A stretch of DNA of 64,000 nt from an uncultured Planctomycetaceae bacterium. Lineage in GTDB: Bacteria; Planctomycetota; Planctomycetia; Isosphaerales; Isosphaeraceae. The notes under the pieces are model-generated. The model was not told where the DNA came from, searched no databases, and saw only the letters and a list, made by a program, of their open reading frames with translations. Positions 42,520-52,972 of this stretch are shown here, in pieces; position 1 is the first letter of the stretch; every line of letters begins with the position of its first letter. The DNA is taken from assembly GCA_963833985.1 (NCBI GenBank), contig CAWIAD010000001.1, positions 1,248,001-1,312,000 of the forward strand, written 5' to 3'. Made by a program: the position numbers and the translations under genes.

Positions 42520-43860
42520 TCAGTCTTTTCGCCCCGTGTAGCTGACTCGCCAGACACTGCCTGAGCCGTCGTCGGTGACCAGCAGCGCCCCGTCGGCGGC
42601 GACGGCCACGCCGACCGGCCGGCCCCAGACGTTGCCTTCCCTGGTGACGAAACCGACGAGGAAATCCTCGTACTCGCCCGTGGCCTTGCCGTCCTTCATC
42701 GGTACGCGAATCACCTTGTAGCCGGTTCGCCGCGCGCGGTTCCACGAGCCGTGCTCGGCCGCGAAGGCGTCCAGCCGGTACTCGGCCGGGAACTGCGTGC
42801 CGTCATAGAAGGTCATATCGAGCGAGGCCGAGTGCGACTGGACCAGCACGTCGGGTACGATGACCCTGTCCTTGAGCTCCGGGTGCTTGCCCTCGTGCCG
42901 GGGGTCCTGGTGGCTGCCCAGGTAATACCAGGGCCACCCATAGAAACCGCCCTCCTCGACGTGCGTGATGTAATCCGGCACGAGGTGGTCGCCCAGGCCG
43001 TCGCGCTCGTTGGCCGACGTCCAGAGCTGTCCGGTCACAGGATGAATCGCCAGGCCGACGGGGTTGCGAATTCCCGAGGCGAAGACGCGCTCGTTCTTGC
43101 CGTCGGGATCGAACGCCAAAATCATGGCGCGGCGGTTCTCTGCGGCGTCGTCATCCACGTTCGACCGTGAACCGACCGCGACGTACAGAGTCTTGCCGTC
43201 GGCCGAGAATTGCAGGTCACGCGTCCAGTGCCCGCCCCCGCCCACCTGCTCGCGGCCGGTCGGGATGTTGCCCACGATCAGCTCCGGCTTGCCGCGTGCC
43301 CTGGTATCGCCGTTCTGGTAGGGCAGACGCACGACCGAGCCGGTATTGCCGACGTACACGAACCGCGGTTCGGGTCCCGGCGGATAGAAGGCGATGCCGA
43401 AGGGCCGCTCCAGTCCGCCAGTGAATACCTCGCTCAGCTCGGGATTGCCGTCGCCATCCGCATCGCGGAAAACGTGGAGCCGGCCGGCGCGGCTCTCGGC
43501 CACGAAGATATCGCCGTTCGGCGCCCGCACAATCACCCTCGGCTCGACCAGCTTGCTGGCGAACCGCGTCACCGTGAAGCCCTCCGGCGCCTTGGGCCAG
43601 GCTCCCTGCGGCTGACTGACCACGCGCGGAAAGTTGTTCGCCGAAGGCGTGTCATACGGGGCCGCCAGGTCCGCCAGCGTGATCTTGCGGCGCACGCCGG
43701 GCCCGTCGCTGGTCCAGTCGCCCAGCGCTTGCTTGCCCGTGAGCACCGCGCCGGAACCCCGCGCCTCATCTCCCCCCGCACGCGCTGGCCGGGGTTCGGC
43801 CCACAGGCTCGCAAGCCCGGCCACGCAAGCAACCATCATTGGATGAATTCTATTACTCAT
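42520..43860 (-). CDS. Glucose/L-sorbosone dehydrogenase family (PQQ-dependent-like beta-propeller), secreted
   Basis: Signal peptide; PFGIAF, GHWTR, VGSRSN, GIRNPVG, NERDGLGD, HGSWNR, GRPVGV. Confidence 0.9.
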   Translation of the reverse strand: MSNRIHPMMVACVAGLASLWAEPRPARAGGDEARGSGAVLTGKQALGDWTSDGPGVRRKITLADLAAPYDTPSANNFPRVVSQPQGAWPKAPEGFTVTRFASKLVEPRVIVRAPNGDIFVAESRAGRLHVFRDADGDGNPELSEVFTGGLERPFGIAFYPPGPEPRFVYVGNTGSVVRLPYQNGDTRARGKPELIVGNIPTGREQVGGGGHWTRDLQFSADGKTLYVAVGSRSNVDDDAAENRRAMILAFDPDGKNERVFASGIRNPVGLAIHPVTGQLWTSANERDGLGDHLVPDYITHVEEGGFYGWPWYYLGSHQDPRHEGKHPELKDRVIVPDVLVQSHSASLDMTFYDGTQFPAEYRLDAFAAEHGSWNRARRTGYKVIRVPMKDGKATGEYEDFLVGFVTREGNVWGRPVGVAVAADGALLVTDDGSGSVWRVSYTGRKD

Positions 43861-44248
43861 CGACAGATCCTGTATTCTTGACCGAAGCCTGTTCCTTGTC
43901 GCGTTCCGCCTCACGTTTCCACGCGTCCGGGCGCACCGGGTCCGATTCCGGCGTCCTCAGACTAACCCAGCGGCCGGATCATCCGCTACGGGGACGGACC
44001 AGGGTGATCCGAGCGGAGCAGCCTTCACCTCGCGGCGCGGGATGCCACGCACGCCCGAATGCCAGAACATTAACAGAATTTCATCCCAGAATGAGTTCAG
44101 ACAGCTCTGCGTCCGTCCCGCGGGCCAAGAACTTGTCGACTCTCTTGTGGAATGCACGAAGTTTCACTGGCACCGCGGGATAGCGTCGCTCATGATGGAG
44201 TGTCACACGCAAGTTGAGGAACTTGCCTGAAGGATTGTCAGGCCTCGC

Positions 44249-45829
44249 GTGGGCGTGAGCGAGCGGTGTGATTCCCGGAGTCATCTCGCAGTGCCGAACG
44301 ATTCTCAAGCCGGCGCTGGTAGGCCCTCGACGGAGGACTTTCTGGCTAGCCTGGAAAGTGCGGGCATCCTCTCGGAGGCAGCCCTTCAAGAGGTGCGCGG
44401 CGCGCTGCCGGGTGAGCTCGGCGCTGACGATTCGGCGGCACTGGCCCAGTGGCTCGTCGAGCGCGGCAGCCTGAGCGAGTTCCAGGCCCATCGGCTGCTG
44501 GTCGGCAAGGCCCAGAGCCTGCTCTTCGGCCGGTACCTGCTGGTGGACCGCCTGGGAGTGGGGGCCATGGGGCGCGTGTTCAAGGCCCGGCATCGACTGA
44601 TGGATCGCCTGGTGGCGCTCAAGGTGGTACTGCCCGTGTGCGCGACCTCCAGGCACTCGGTGCAACGGTTCTTCCGCGAGATGAAGATCGTCGGCATGCT
44701 CGACCACCCCAACGTGGTCCGTGCCTTCGACGCCGACGAGCACGAGGGGTCGCCGTACATTGTCATGGAGTACCTGGAGGGGGACGACCTGGAACGAGTG
44801 CTGCGCCGCAGGAGCGTACTGCCCGTGCTGGAGGTCGTCGATTACATGGCTCAGGCCGCGCGCGGACTGGCCCACGCGCACGAGCGCGGAGTCGTACACC
44901 GCGATATCAAGCCCACCAACCTGTTTCTGGACAAGACCGGGGTTGTGAAGGTTCTCGACCTTGGCCTGGGTGCGTTCGTGGGCGTTTCCAGCGAGGGCGT
45001 GAGCCCGCACGACACCGACGAGGGCTTCGTGGTGGGAACCAGCGACTACATGTCGCCCGAACAGCTCTCCGGGCAGCCCATCGACGCCCGGACCGACCTG
45101 TTCAGCCTCGGCTGTGCCATGTACCGGCTGCTCACGGGAACCTTCGCCTTTCCCGGGACCAACAAGATGGACCGCATGGTCATGCGGATGCAAGAGCCGC
45201 ATGTGCCGATCTCGGACATCCGCAAGAACCTGCCCGTGCCGCTGGTCGCCCTGGTGGACGGCCTGCTCTCGCTGCGGCCCGAGGATCGCTTCGCCTCGGC
45301 CGACGAGGTGGCCGAGGAACTCGAGATGCTGCTGCCGCTCTCCGAGCGGCGCAACCGTGGTGCGCGGACCGGCCAGGCCGGCCGGCCCATTCGCGCCCTG
45401 GCCTCCCCGGTGCACGCGGACGCGGAGAAACCGCTCGACTGGAACCTGATCGAATCGGCCCTTCAGTCCAGGCGGGAATCCGCCTCCGAGCCCTCGGCAC
45501 CGTCTCGCCTCGCCGTGGATGAGAGCCCGCGTCCGACCGTGACGCAGCTTGACTCGCACCGCAGGAACCTCGAGCAGGACGGCGTCGAGACGGGCCGGCG
45601 CGTGCAGCAGGAATATCGCAAGGAAGTGATCCAACTGAAACGATCTCTGGCCGAGGAGCGCGCGCAGGACCCCGCGGCCGAAGCACCCACGGCGATGGAG
45701 CACTGGCTCGAGCGGCTGGGAGAGCAGATCGGCGACTTCCTGGCCGAACCCTCCGCCGGCCACATCATCGTCATCCTCGTCATCATCACCCTCATCGTCG
45801 CCATCGGCCTGGCGTACTCGCTCTCCTGA
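44249..45829 (+). CDS. Ser/Thr protein kinase with C-terminal TM helix
   Basis: LGVGAMGRVFKA, VALK, HRDIKPTN, DLG, YMSPEQ, DLFSLG; terminal hydrophobic helix. Confidence 0.92.
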   Translation: MGVSERCDSRSHLAVPNDSQAGAGRPSTEDFLASLESAGILSEAALQEVRGALPGELGADDSAALAQWLVERGSLSEFQAHRLLVGKAQSLLFGRYLLVDRLGVGAMGRVFKARHRLMDRLVALKVVLPVCATSRHSVQRFFREMKIVGMLDHPNVVRAFDADEHEGSPYIVMEYLEGDDLERVLRRRSVLPVLEVVDYMAQAARGLAHAHERGVVHRDIKPTNLFLDKTGVVKVLDLGLGAFVGVSSEGVSPHDTDEGFVVGTSDYMSPEQLSGQPIDARTDLFSLGCAMYRLLTGTFAFPGTNKMDRMVMRMQEPHVPISDIRKNLPVPLVALVDGLLSLRPEDRFASADEVAEELEMLLPLSERRNRGARTGQAGRPIRALASPVHADAEKPLDWNLIESALQSRRESASEPSAPSRLAVDESPRPTVTQLDSHRRNLEQDGVETGRRVQQEYRKEVIQLKRSLAEERAQDPAAEAPTAMEHWLERLGEQIGDFLAEPSAGHIIVILVIITLIVAIGLAYSLS

Positions 45830-46034
45830 GTGTCGTGGTGATCGAGGTCAGCCGGAATCTGAGTCGCCTGCCCGAGCCGTCGCCCTCACGGCCGGGGCTG
45901 ATCGGGCTGGCATCTGGGTTCTGGTCGGGCTCACGCCCGAGGTTGGGGGCTGCGCACGTGAAAACCACGTGCTCACGCACGTGGCCATGCGCCGCAGAGT
46001 GGCATCGTCCCAGAATGGCCTTGGTGCGCCGACC

Positions 46035-46064
46035 GTAAGGTGGGTCAGCGTAGCGCAACCCACC
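46035..46064 (+). repeat. GTAG-type REP element (GTAAGGTGGGTCAGCGTAGCGCAACCCACC)
   Basis: GGTGGG/CCCACC hairpin; inverted partner at 47739-47761 plus 49210-49236. Confidence 0.8.
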
Positions 46065-46564
46065 GGCTGTCAGGGCCTTGCGTGCGCCGAACCGCACACG
46101 CCGTACGACGTCCTGGGACGATGCCCGCAGAGTCCATCACGCTCGCGCACGGTGTCGTGCGTCGCGGGCTCCAGGTGTGGCGGGTGTGTCCAGCGCGGCG
46201 ACGACGCACCAATCCGCGGCACGGGCTCGGGCGGAAACCGACGCGGCGATGTCCACATCGCACCGGATGGAGCGACTGCAAGACATCCTATCGCAGGCCA
46301 GGTGCACGCCCCGGCACGCAAGCATCGCCTGCCGTACGAATACACCTGCCCGACGGCTGAGGGGGAAAATCAAAAATTCCCCCAGATTCCTCCGTTTTTT
46401 GGCAGTTTCGGTCGGATCCTCATAGATAGACGGCAGATCCCGGCGCATCGGCCGCGGCTCGCCGAGGAGGTCGCTCCCCGCGCCGCTCCTCAGGTGAACC
46501 GCCGGCCAGGGCCGCTCTGCGCACCGCACAGAAGTCCTGCACCACCAATAAAGAAAGCAACACC

Positions 46565-47766
46565 GTGGCCAGTACAGCCCAGATCGCGGCCAATCGCCGC
46601 AACGCCGCAAAAAGCACGGGGCCGAAGAGCGACCAGGGCAAGGCCCGCGCACGGCTCAACGCGCTGAGGCATGGCGCCAACGCCCGCATCGCCATTCCCG
46701 TCCTGCCCCAGGAAGATCCCAAGGAGCTCGCCGAGCGGATCTTGCAGTGGACGTTCGAACTCGTGCCGCGCAACGACGTCGAACGCACCCTGGTCGGCCA
46801 TGCGGCGCGCATCGACTGGCAGATCGACCGCGCCGAGCGGGCCGAGACGGCTTACCTCGCGGCTCGCGTGCACCGCCAGCGCGACCGCGACGAGGCCACG
46901 CGGCTGAAGCAGGCCCACATCCTGGGCCGCGAGCTGCTGGATACCCTCGACCCGCGCGAGCGGTTCGGCAAAGCCGAGTACTACGAGGACATGCCCGCCG
47001 TCTTCCTCGCCCGGCTCGAGCAGCTCCCCGAGGGCTGCCGCTGGCTGCTGGCGCGGTGGTCCGAGTTCCGCAACCTCATCGACGTGCGGGCCGCCTGGAG
47101 CGAGACCGACCACTACCGGTTCCTGCGGCTCATGGGCAAGAGCTTCCTGGAAGGCATGATCGACCCGGCCGCCAACCGCGTATTCCAGGCCGTCGACGCG
47201 ATCGACCCGGGTCAGGGCCGCGAGCTCTGGGAGCTGTTCCGCAACATGAAAGCCAGCTCCGGCCCTTACTTCAGCGGCGCGATGCCGTGGCGGCGCTGTT
47301 GCGCCCGCCGGCGAACGCGAAAGAGGGCTGGGAGGTCCTCAGCTCGATCGTGGACGAGGCGATCCACCGGCTGGAAGCAAGGCTCGGCGAGCACGAGGAC
47401 CTGGAGCAGATGGAAGCCGACGCCGAGCCCGACCGCGCGGTCTTCGCCGCCAGCAAGGCCCTTGCGGTCCTGCGGCGGCACCAGGGTGCGCTGACCCGGG
47501 AGCTGCTGCGTACGCTGACCACGCTGTCGAAGCTGCAAAAAGCCGAGCTCGGCGCCGACAACAACAACGAAGCCGACCGCCTCCCCATGCCGGTTGTCCA
47601 TGAGCCGCAGGTCGGCCCCGCGCCCGAGCCGGACGCACGTCAACCACACGATGAATCGCGCAATGGCCGGAACGAAGGGGATGGTCCCGGAATGTCGTCG
47701 AGCGGGGGCATCTCGCCGCACGTAAAGGTCTGCAAGACGGTGGGTTGCACTGCGCTGACCCCATAG
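46565..47766 (+). CDS. Hypothetical protein of the 'AANRRNA.KSTGP' family (apparent frameshift near 47290; 3' end runs into the REP/IS)
   Basis: MASTAQIAANRRNAAKSTGPKSDQGKARARLNALRHG; LRRHQGALTRELLRTL. Confidence 0.7.
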
Positions 47767-49209
47767 CGTCCAACTTAAGGAATTTGGCCTAGAAAAAAAG
47801 AAAGGAAGTCCTTAATCCAGTTCGCGTTGTATCGAGCAAGCGCGTCCTGGAAGAAGGAGCTTCCGTTGGGGATCATAAACAAGGTGGCCGTGTTGTTGCA
47901 ATCGAGCTTGGGTTCGAAACTCGACGAGATCGGTCGTGCGACGGGCGTGATCCGGCGGCAACGAAAATTCTCGGGCGCGTCGCTGCTCAAGACCATGGTT
48001 CTGACTGTGATGAAGACGCCTCGCCCCCATACCAACGACTTCGTCGCGACGGCGGCACTGCTGGGTGTGAACGTGACTGCCGAGGCGATCGAAAAGCGGT
48101 TCTCGGAGAAGCTCGTCGCGCACTTCGCGCGGGTTTGGAACACGTGTTGGAGTCCGTCGTGGAGGCGTCGGCGGCCGGCGTGGCGCTGCTGGACAAGTTC
48201 ACCGCCGTCGTGATCGCCGACAGCACCACGGTGACCTTGCCCGACGAATTCGAGGCGGAATTTCCCGGCTGCGGTGGCAAAACGGGCAGTGGTAAGGCAG
48301 CGGTGAAAATTCAGGTGGCGTGGGAACTGCGCCGCGGTCAGTTGGAGAAGTTGGAGGTCCATCCCGGTCGTCACAGCGACGCCACGAGCGTGGACGTGGA
48401 CGCACCAGTGGCCTCCGGATCGCTGACGCTCCGCGACCTGGGATACTTTTGCCTGGAGCGGTTCCGATCCATCGGCGCGCAAGGAGCTTATTGGATTTCG
48501 CGTTGGCAACACGGCACGGCCGTTTTCGACGCGGAGGGGCGGCGATGGGAGATGCTGGCGTTTCTCCGACGGCAACCCGCCGGCATGCCGGTCGACGTGT
48601 CGATCGCGGTGGGCGCGGCGGAGCGTCTGGGATGTCGGTTGATCGCCTTGCGAGTGCCTCCGGAGGTGGCGAACCGACGTCGGCAAGCGGCCTACGAAAA
48701 GGCTCAAAAACACGGCCGCGTGCCCACGCAAGAACATCTGGACTTGTGCGACTGGACGATTTTCCTGACCAACTGCCTGGCCGCACTTCTGACGTGGAAA
48801 GAGGTCGTGGTCCTGTATCGGACGCGCTGGCAAATCGAACTGCTGTTCAAACTTTGGAAATCTCACAACCACCTCGCCGAGTCGCGTGCACACTGGACCA
48901 GCATGGAACGCCTGGCGTTGTTCTGGGCGAAACTGATCGGCGTGGTGCTTCAGCATTGGCTGCTCCTGACCGCGAACGCGGCCGATCCCCGCCGCAGCCA
49001 CTGGAAAGCGGCCCGCGTCATCCGGAACTGGATGGAATCCCTGACCCGAGCGTTGGATAACATCGACGAGCTCATACGCACCTTGAGAGACATGGCCACG
49101 ACGATCGCCAGCGTCGCTCAGAAGAAACGTCGGAAGAAACGGCCCAGCCTATTCCAACTCCTTTTGGATCCAGAACTTCTGGAATGGAATCCTTAAGTTG
49201 GACGCTATG
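47762..49209 (+). mobile_element. IS4-family insertion sequence, IS231-like, 1448 bp
   Basis: Perfect 20-bp TIRs CATAGCGTCCAACTTAAGGA / TCCTTAAGTTGGACGCTATG; flanked by 20-bp near-identical direct repeats. Confidence 0.93.
47866..49196 (+). CDS. IS4-family DDE transposase (apparent frameshift near 48130)
   Basis: IADST, RDLGYF, YRTRWQIELLFKLWKS (YREK motif); AAGGAG RBS; stop codon lies inside the right TIR. Confidence 0.92.
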
Positions 49210-49638
49210 GGGTTGCGCTGCGCTGACCCACCCTACGGGTGGTTCTTCACGAGTTTCTCAGAGTATCTTGAACGAAGCCAATGATCTGGCGATGCAAGTT
49301 GATAGTGGCAAAGAAGATGCGGGCGTTGCGGAGCGAAACTGCCGGCCAGAAGGAACCCAATCGATCACGCGCCTCGGGCAGGAGGCGAATGGAGCGGGGG
49401 AAAGTGGCCAGAGGTGGAGAGGAGGCAGCAAGGGCCAGAGGAAGGACGGAAAAAGGAAGGATGTCCACCGAAGCACGCTGACGAATACGGTTGGACGGCG
49501 GAGACGCCGACCGAGCGGTCAAGTCGCCGCGGTGGACCCGTGATTCAGACCCGGCAGGGAGACACGCCCGGCCCGAGTCTCGACCGGCATATCGCGCCGG
49601 GAGGCCTCGGTCAGCCGGTTCCAGCGCACGGGCGTCGG

Positions 49639-51198
49639 TCAGGACGCTCCTGGCGAAGTCCGGGGACGGGCTTCGCGCGCGTTTCGGGCACCGATCCGCT
49701 CCCAGGCCAGATAGACCGGAACACCCGCCAGCACGATGAGAAAGCCGATCCCCGAGGTCTTGAAATTGAGGTAGATGAAGTCCACCACCAGGAGCACGGC
49801 CAGGGTGATGTAGATGAGAGCGGGAATCGGGTAGGCGAAGGTCCGGTAGGGCCGCTGGAGCAGGGGCGCCTTGATTCTGAGAAGAATCACCGCCCCGACC
49901 ATGAGCATGTAGAACGCGACATCCACGGGGATGATGTACTGGAGCAGGTCGCTGTAGAGGTTGCCGTACTTGATCGCCTGCGTGCCCGGGTCGATGGTGA
50001 CGGTGACCGGGAGCACGAGCAAGGCCGCCCAGAGGCCCTGGGCGGCGAGTGCGGCCGAGGGTACATGACGGGAATTCGTGGTGCCCACTCTCCGGAAGAA
50101 GAGGCCGTCGCGGGCCATCGCGTAGTAGACGCGGGCGCCCGCCAGGACCAATCCGTTCACGCACCCGAACGTGGAAACGAGAATCGCCCCGGCCATGGCG
50201 TAGCGCGCGCCCGACCCCAGCGCGGCCTCCATCGCCGCGGTTCCCACCCGGTCCTGGGGCGCATGCTGGATCTCGCCGAAGGGGAGCGAGACGAGGTACG
50301 CGACGTTGGCCAGCAGATAGAGCACCACGACGCTGGCCGTTCCCAGGAACAGGGCGCGTGGCAGCGTCTTGCCCGGATCACGCGTCTCGCCACCGGTGAA
50401 GGTGACGTTGTTCCAGGCCGATTGCGAAAAGAGCGGCCCGATCATGGCCATGCCCAGCAGGAACACGAGCGCAGGCGTCCCCTCGAGCGGCAACCGGCCG
50501 TCGTAGGCCGCCTGCGAGCTCCAGCCGTTCGCTGGCGCGTTCCACCACCAGGAGGTGAACGCAGCCGCCTTCATACTCCAGCCCAGGGTCAAGCCGATCA
50601 CGATCAGCGCGGTCAGTGCCGCGGTCTTCGCAAAGGTGAAGGAATTCTGAATCACCGTTCCAAGCTTCAGGCCACGCGTGTTCGCGGCCGTCAGAAGCAC
50701 GATCAGCACCAGTGCCACCATCTGCTGGGTGGACAGGCTCACCGCGTAGCCACCGAGGATGACCGGCCGGAACAGCGGGTGGTTCTCGGCCGAGATCGCC
50801 GGCCAGAAGACGCCCAGGAACTTGGCAAACGCCACGGCCACAGCCGCGATGGTTCCCGTCTGCACCACCAGGAAGAGCGACCAGCCGAACAGGAAGCCGA
50901 ACATGGGACCGTAGGCGACGCGCAGGAAGACATACTGCCCGCCGGCCCTGGGCATCATCGCGGCCAGCTCGGCGGAGGCCAGGGCCCCCGAGATCGTCAT
51001 CAGACCGGCCAGGGCCCAGGCCAGCAGCAGCCAGCCCGGCGCGCCGACGAGCCGTGCAGATTCGGCGGATGTGATGAAGATCCCCGAACCGATCATCGCC
51101 CCCATGACCAGCATGGTGGCATCGAGCCCCCCAATCTCGCGGTGCAAAGCACCCGCCCTGGCGGCCCTGGAGTGCGGGACGGCTTCCGGGGTCGGCAT
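49639..51198 (-). CDS. APC-family amino acid permease
   Basis: MIGSGIF, AELAAMMPRAGGQY, WNNVTFTGGE, RVYYAMARDG, RPYR; about 12 TM helices. Confidence 0.93.
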   Translation of the reverse strand: MPTPEAVPHSRAARAGALHREIGGLDATMLVMGAMIGSGIFITSAESARLVGAPGWLLLAWALAGLMTISGALASAELAAMMPRAGGQYVFLRVAYGPMFGFLFGWSLFLVVQTGTIAAVAVAFAKFLGVFWPAISAENHPLFRPVILGGYAVSLSTQQMVALVLIVLLTAANTRGLKLGTVIQNSFTFAKTAALTALIVIGLTLGWSMKAAAFTSWWWNAPANGWSSQAAYDGRLPLEGTPALVFLLGMAMIGPLFSQSAWNNVTFTGGETRDPGKTLPRALFLGTASVVVLYLLANVAYLVSLPFGEIQHAPQDRVGTAAMEAALGSGARYAMAGAILVSTFGCVNGLVLAGARVYYAMARDGLFFRRVGTTNSRHVPSAALAAQGLWAALLVLPVTVTIDPGTQAIKYGNLYSDLLQYIIPVDVAFYMLMVGAVILLRIKAPLLQRPYRTFAYPIPALIYITLAVLLVVDFIYLNFKTSGIGFLIVLAGVPVYLAWERIGARNAREARPRTSPGAS

Positions 51199-51337
51199 CA
51201 GGGTGAAGTCTCCGTGGACGTGATCGTGGACAGACGAGGTGAGCAAGATGAAGCTGGCACGTACTCGAGCGCGAGGGCCCAGTCAGGCCGGCGGCTGCGT
51301 TGGCCCTGCGCGCCGCTGGCGGCGCCGGACAAACCCG

Positions 51338-51574
51338 TCAGCCGGCGTTTTTCACAAAGGCCTCGACGTCCGCGATGGCCTGGGTCAAGCTTTCGCGACG
51401 CCAGTCAGTCAGGGCGGTGTCCATCGCGAGGGCCAGCTTGTTGGCCAGCAGCGCGGCCGCCTCCCTGGGAGATTCGCCATCGGCGCGTATCTCGGAAAAG
51501 TCCCGGTGGTGCACCTGGGCGGTGTTCGCGGTCGCACCGGCGCTGACGATCACACGGCTGAGGTCGGTATCCAT
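51338..51574 (-). CDS. Small hypothetical protein
   Basis: MDTDLSRVIV...QVHHRDFSEIRADGESPREAA...AIADVEAF; GGAG upstream. Confidence 0.6.
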   Translation of the reverse strand: MDTDLSRVIVSAGATANTAQVHHRDFSEIRADGESPREAAALLANKLALAMDTALTDWRRESLTQAIADVEAFVKNAG

Positions 51575-52181
51575 GAGAGGCTCCGTCGAGAGGAGAGCGT
51601 CGCTGTGCGTTGACCGGGTTGAAGTTGAGGCTGCGATGGAGGAAGGCGGTCGAAACGGGTCGAGGGATCGCACCCATGCAGAGCCGCTCGAGCCCCGGAC
51701 CGAAGGCAGAGCCGGTCACCTCCGCAGGATCGCGACCGAGCGCGAGACGCGTTGGGAGTCGACCCTCTCGGCTCCAACCATTTCAACCCATCGATCGACG
51801 CCGTGCCAGAGCATATTCACTTTGACACCCGGTTCCCCGAGCGGTCCGCCGCGGCAAGCACGGCCGATCGCAATAGCCCAAGGCCACGGGCGATCCACAA
51901 CGCGAAACGGGAACCTGGCGGGCTGGGCCCGCAGTATGGTGCCCGGGAGCGCACGACCTGCTGGCACTGGCTCAGGCCCGCGTGCCATTGGCATCAGCAG
52001 CTTCAGTCGTTGCCGGGACGCATTCCGCGTGCCATGCACTGGCCGGGCGTCTCGATCCGTGCGGCCTCGAGCCGCTGCTGGTTCTTCGCGGTTCAAGTGC
52101 CGCCAGTGCGGGCTGCTCCAGGCCGTCGATGTTGGCCAGAGGGCTGGAGAAGTCTGGTGGAGGTCATCGGCAGGGCGATGT

Positions 52182-52586
52182 TCAGCGAGCGACGGCGGCC
52201 GCCGGCTGGCGCGATCGGACCGCGGCATCGTGCCGATCCAGGTGCTCGCGTGCTAGGGCAACGATGGCGTCGAGCGTTTCCGGATCGTGGATCGCCAGCT
52301 CCGAAAGGCTCTTGCGGTCCAGGCCGATGCCGGCCAGCTTGAGCCCGTGGATCAACCGGCTGTAGCGGAGGCCGCGCATCTCGGCGGCGGCGCTGAGCCG
52401 GGTGATGAAGAGCCTCCGGAAATCGCGCTTCTTGGCGCGTCGGTCCCGGAACGCGAACATCCCGGCGCACAGCAAGGTTTCCTTGGCGGACTTCAACAGC
52501 CGTCGACGGCCGCCCACGAACCCCTTGGCGGCCTTGAAGATTCGCTTTTTCGCCTGATTTCGAGCCGCACCACTCTTGGAACGCAT
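52182..52586 (-). CDS. rplT: 50S ribosomal protein L20
   Basis: AKGFVGGR, DRRAKKRDFRRLFITRLSAA, YSRLIHGL, LDRKSLSELAI. Confidence 0.96.
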   Translation of the reverse strand: MRSKSGAARNQAKKRIFKAAKGFVGGRRRLLKSAKETLLCAGMFAFRDRRAKKRDFRRLFITRLSAAAEMRGLRYSRLIHGLKLAGIGLDRKSLSELAIHDPETLDAIVALAREHLDRHDAAVRSRQPAAAVAR

Positions 52587-52610
52587 CGTTCGGGTCTCGT
52601 CTCAATCGTG

Positions 52611-52630
52611 GGGTGCCCGCGCGGGCACCC
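52611..52630. repeat. Perfect 20-bp palindrome GGGTGCCCGCGCGGGCACCC between rpmI and rplT
   Basis: Read directly from sequence. Confidence 0.8.
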
Positions 52631-52675
52631 GAGCCATAGTTCCTGGGAATCGCCATCGCGGCGGCCGGGGGACGA

Positions 52676-52972
52676 TCACTCTGAGGACGGGGCGGGATCC
52701 ACGGGCGCGGCCTCCGCCTTGCCGGCCAGGGCGGCCTGCTTGCTGGCTTCCACATCCAGCGGGTTGACCGACTGGCGAACCAGCACGGCGTTGCGAACGC
52801 GCCGCGATTCGGCCGAGACGTCGAGAGTTGACTTCTTGCGCAACCGGCGAACCTGCTTCCCGTTCTTGTGGCTCATCAGGTGCGACGAGCCACAGCGCTT
52901 GTGCTGCACCTTGCCGTTGGCCGAAACCTTGAACCGCTTCTTCATTCCCTTGTGGGTCTTCAACTTGGGCAT
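52676..52972 (-). CDS. rpmI: 50S ribosomal protein L35 with C-terminal extension
   Basis: MPKLKTHKGMKKRFKVSANGKV...SHLMSHK..KQVRRLR. Confidence 0.95.
   Translation of the reverse strand: MPKLKTHKGMKKRFKVSANGKVQHKRCGSSHLMSHKNGKQVRRLRKKSTLDVSAESRRVRNAVLVRQSVNPLDVEASKQAALAGKAEAAPVDPAPSSE

Noticed and set aside
48100..48160. Programmed frameshift in the IS4 transposase
   Set aside because: IS4/IS231 transposases are single-ORF, there is no clear slippery site, and indels occur throughout the window.
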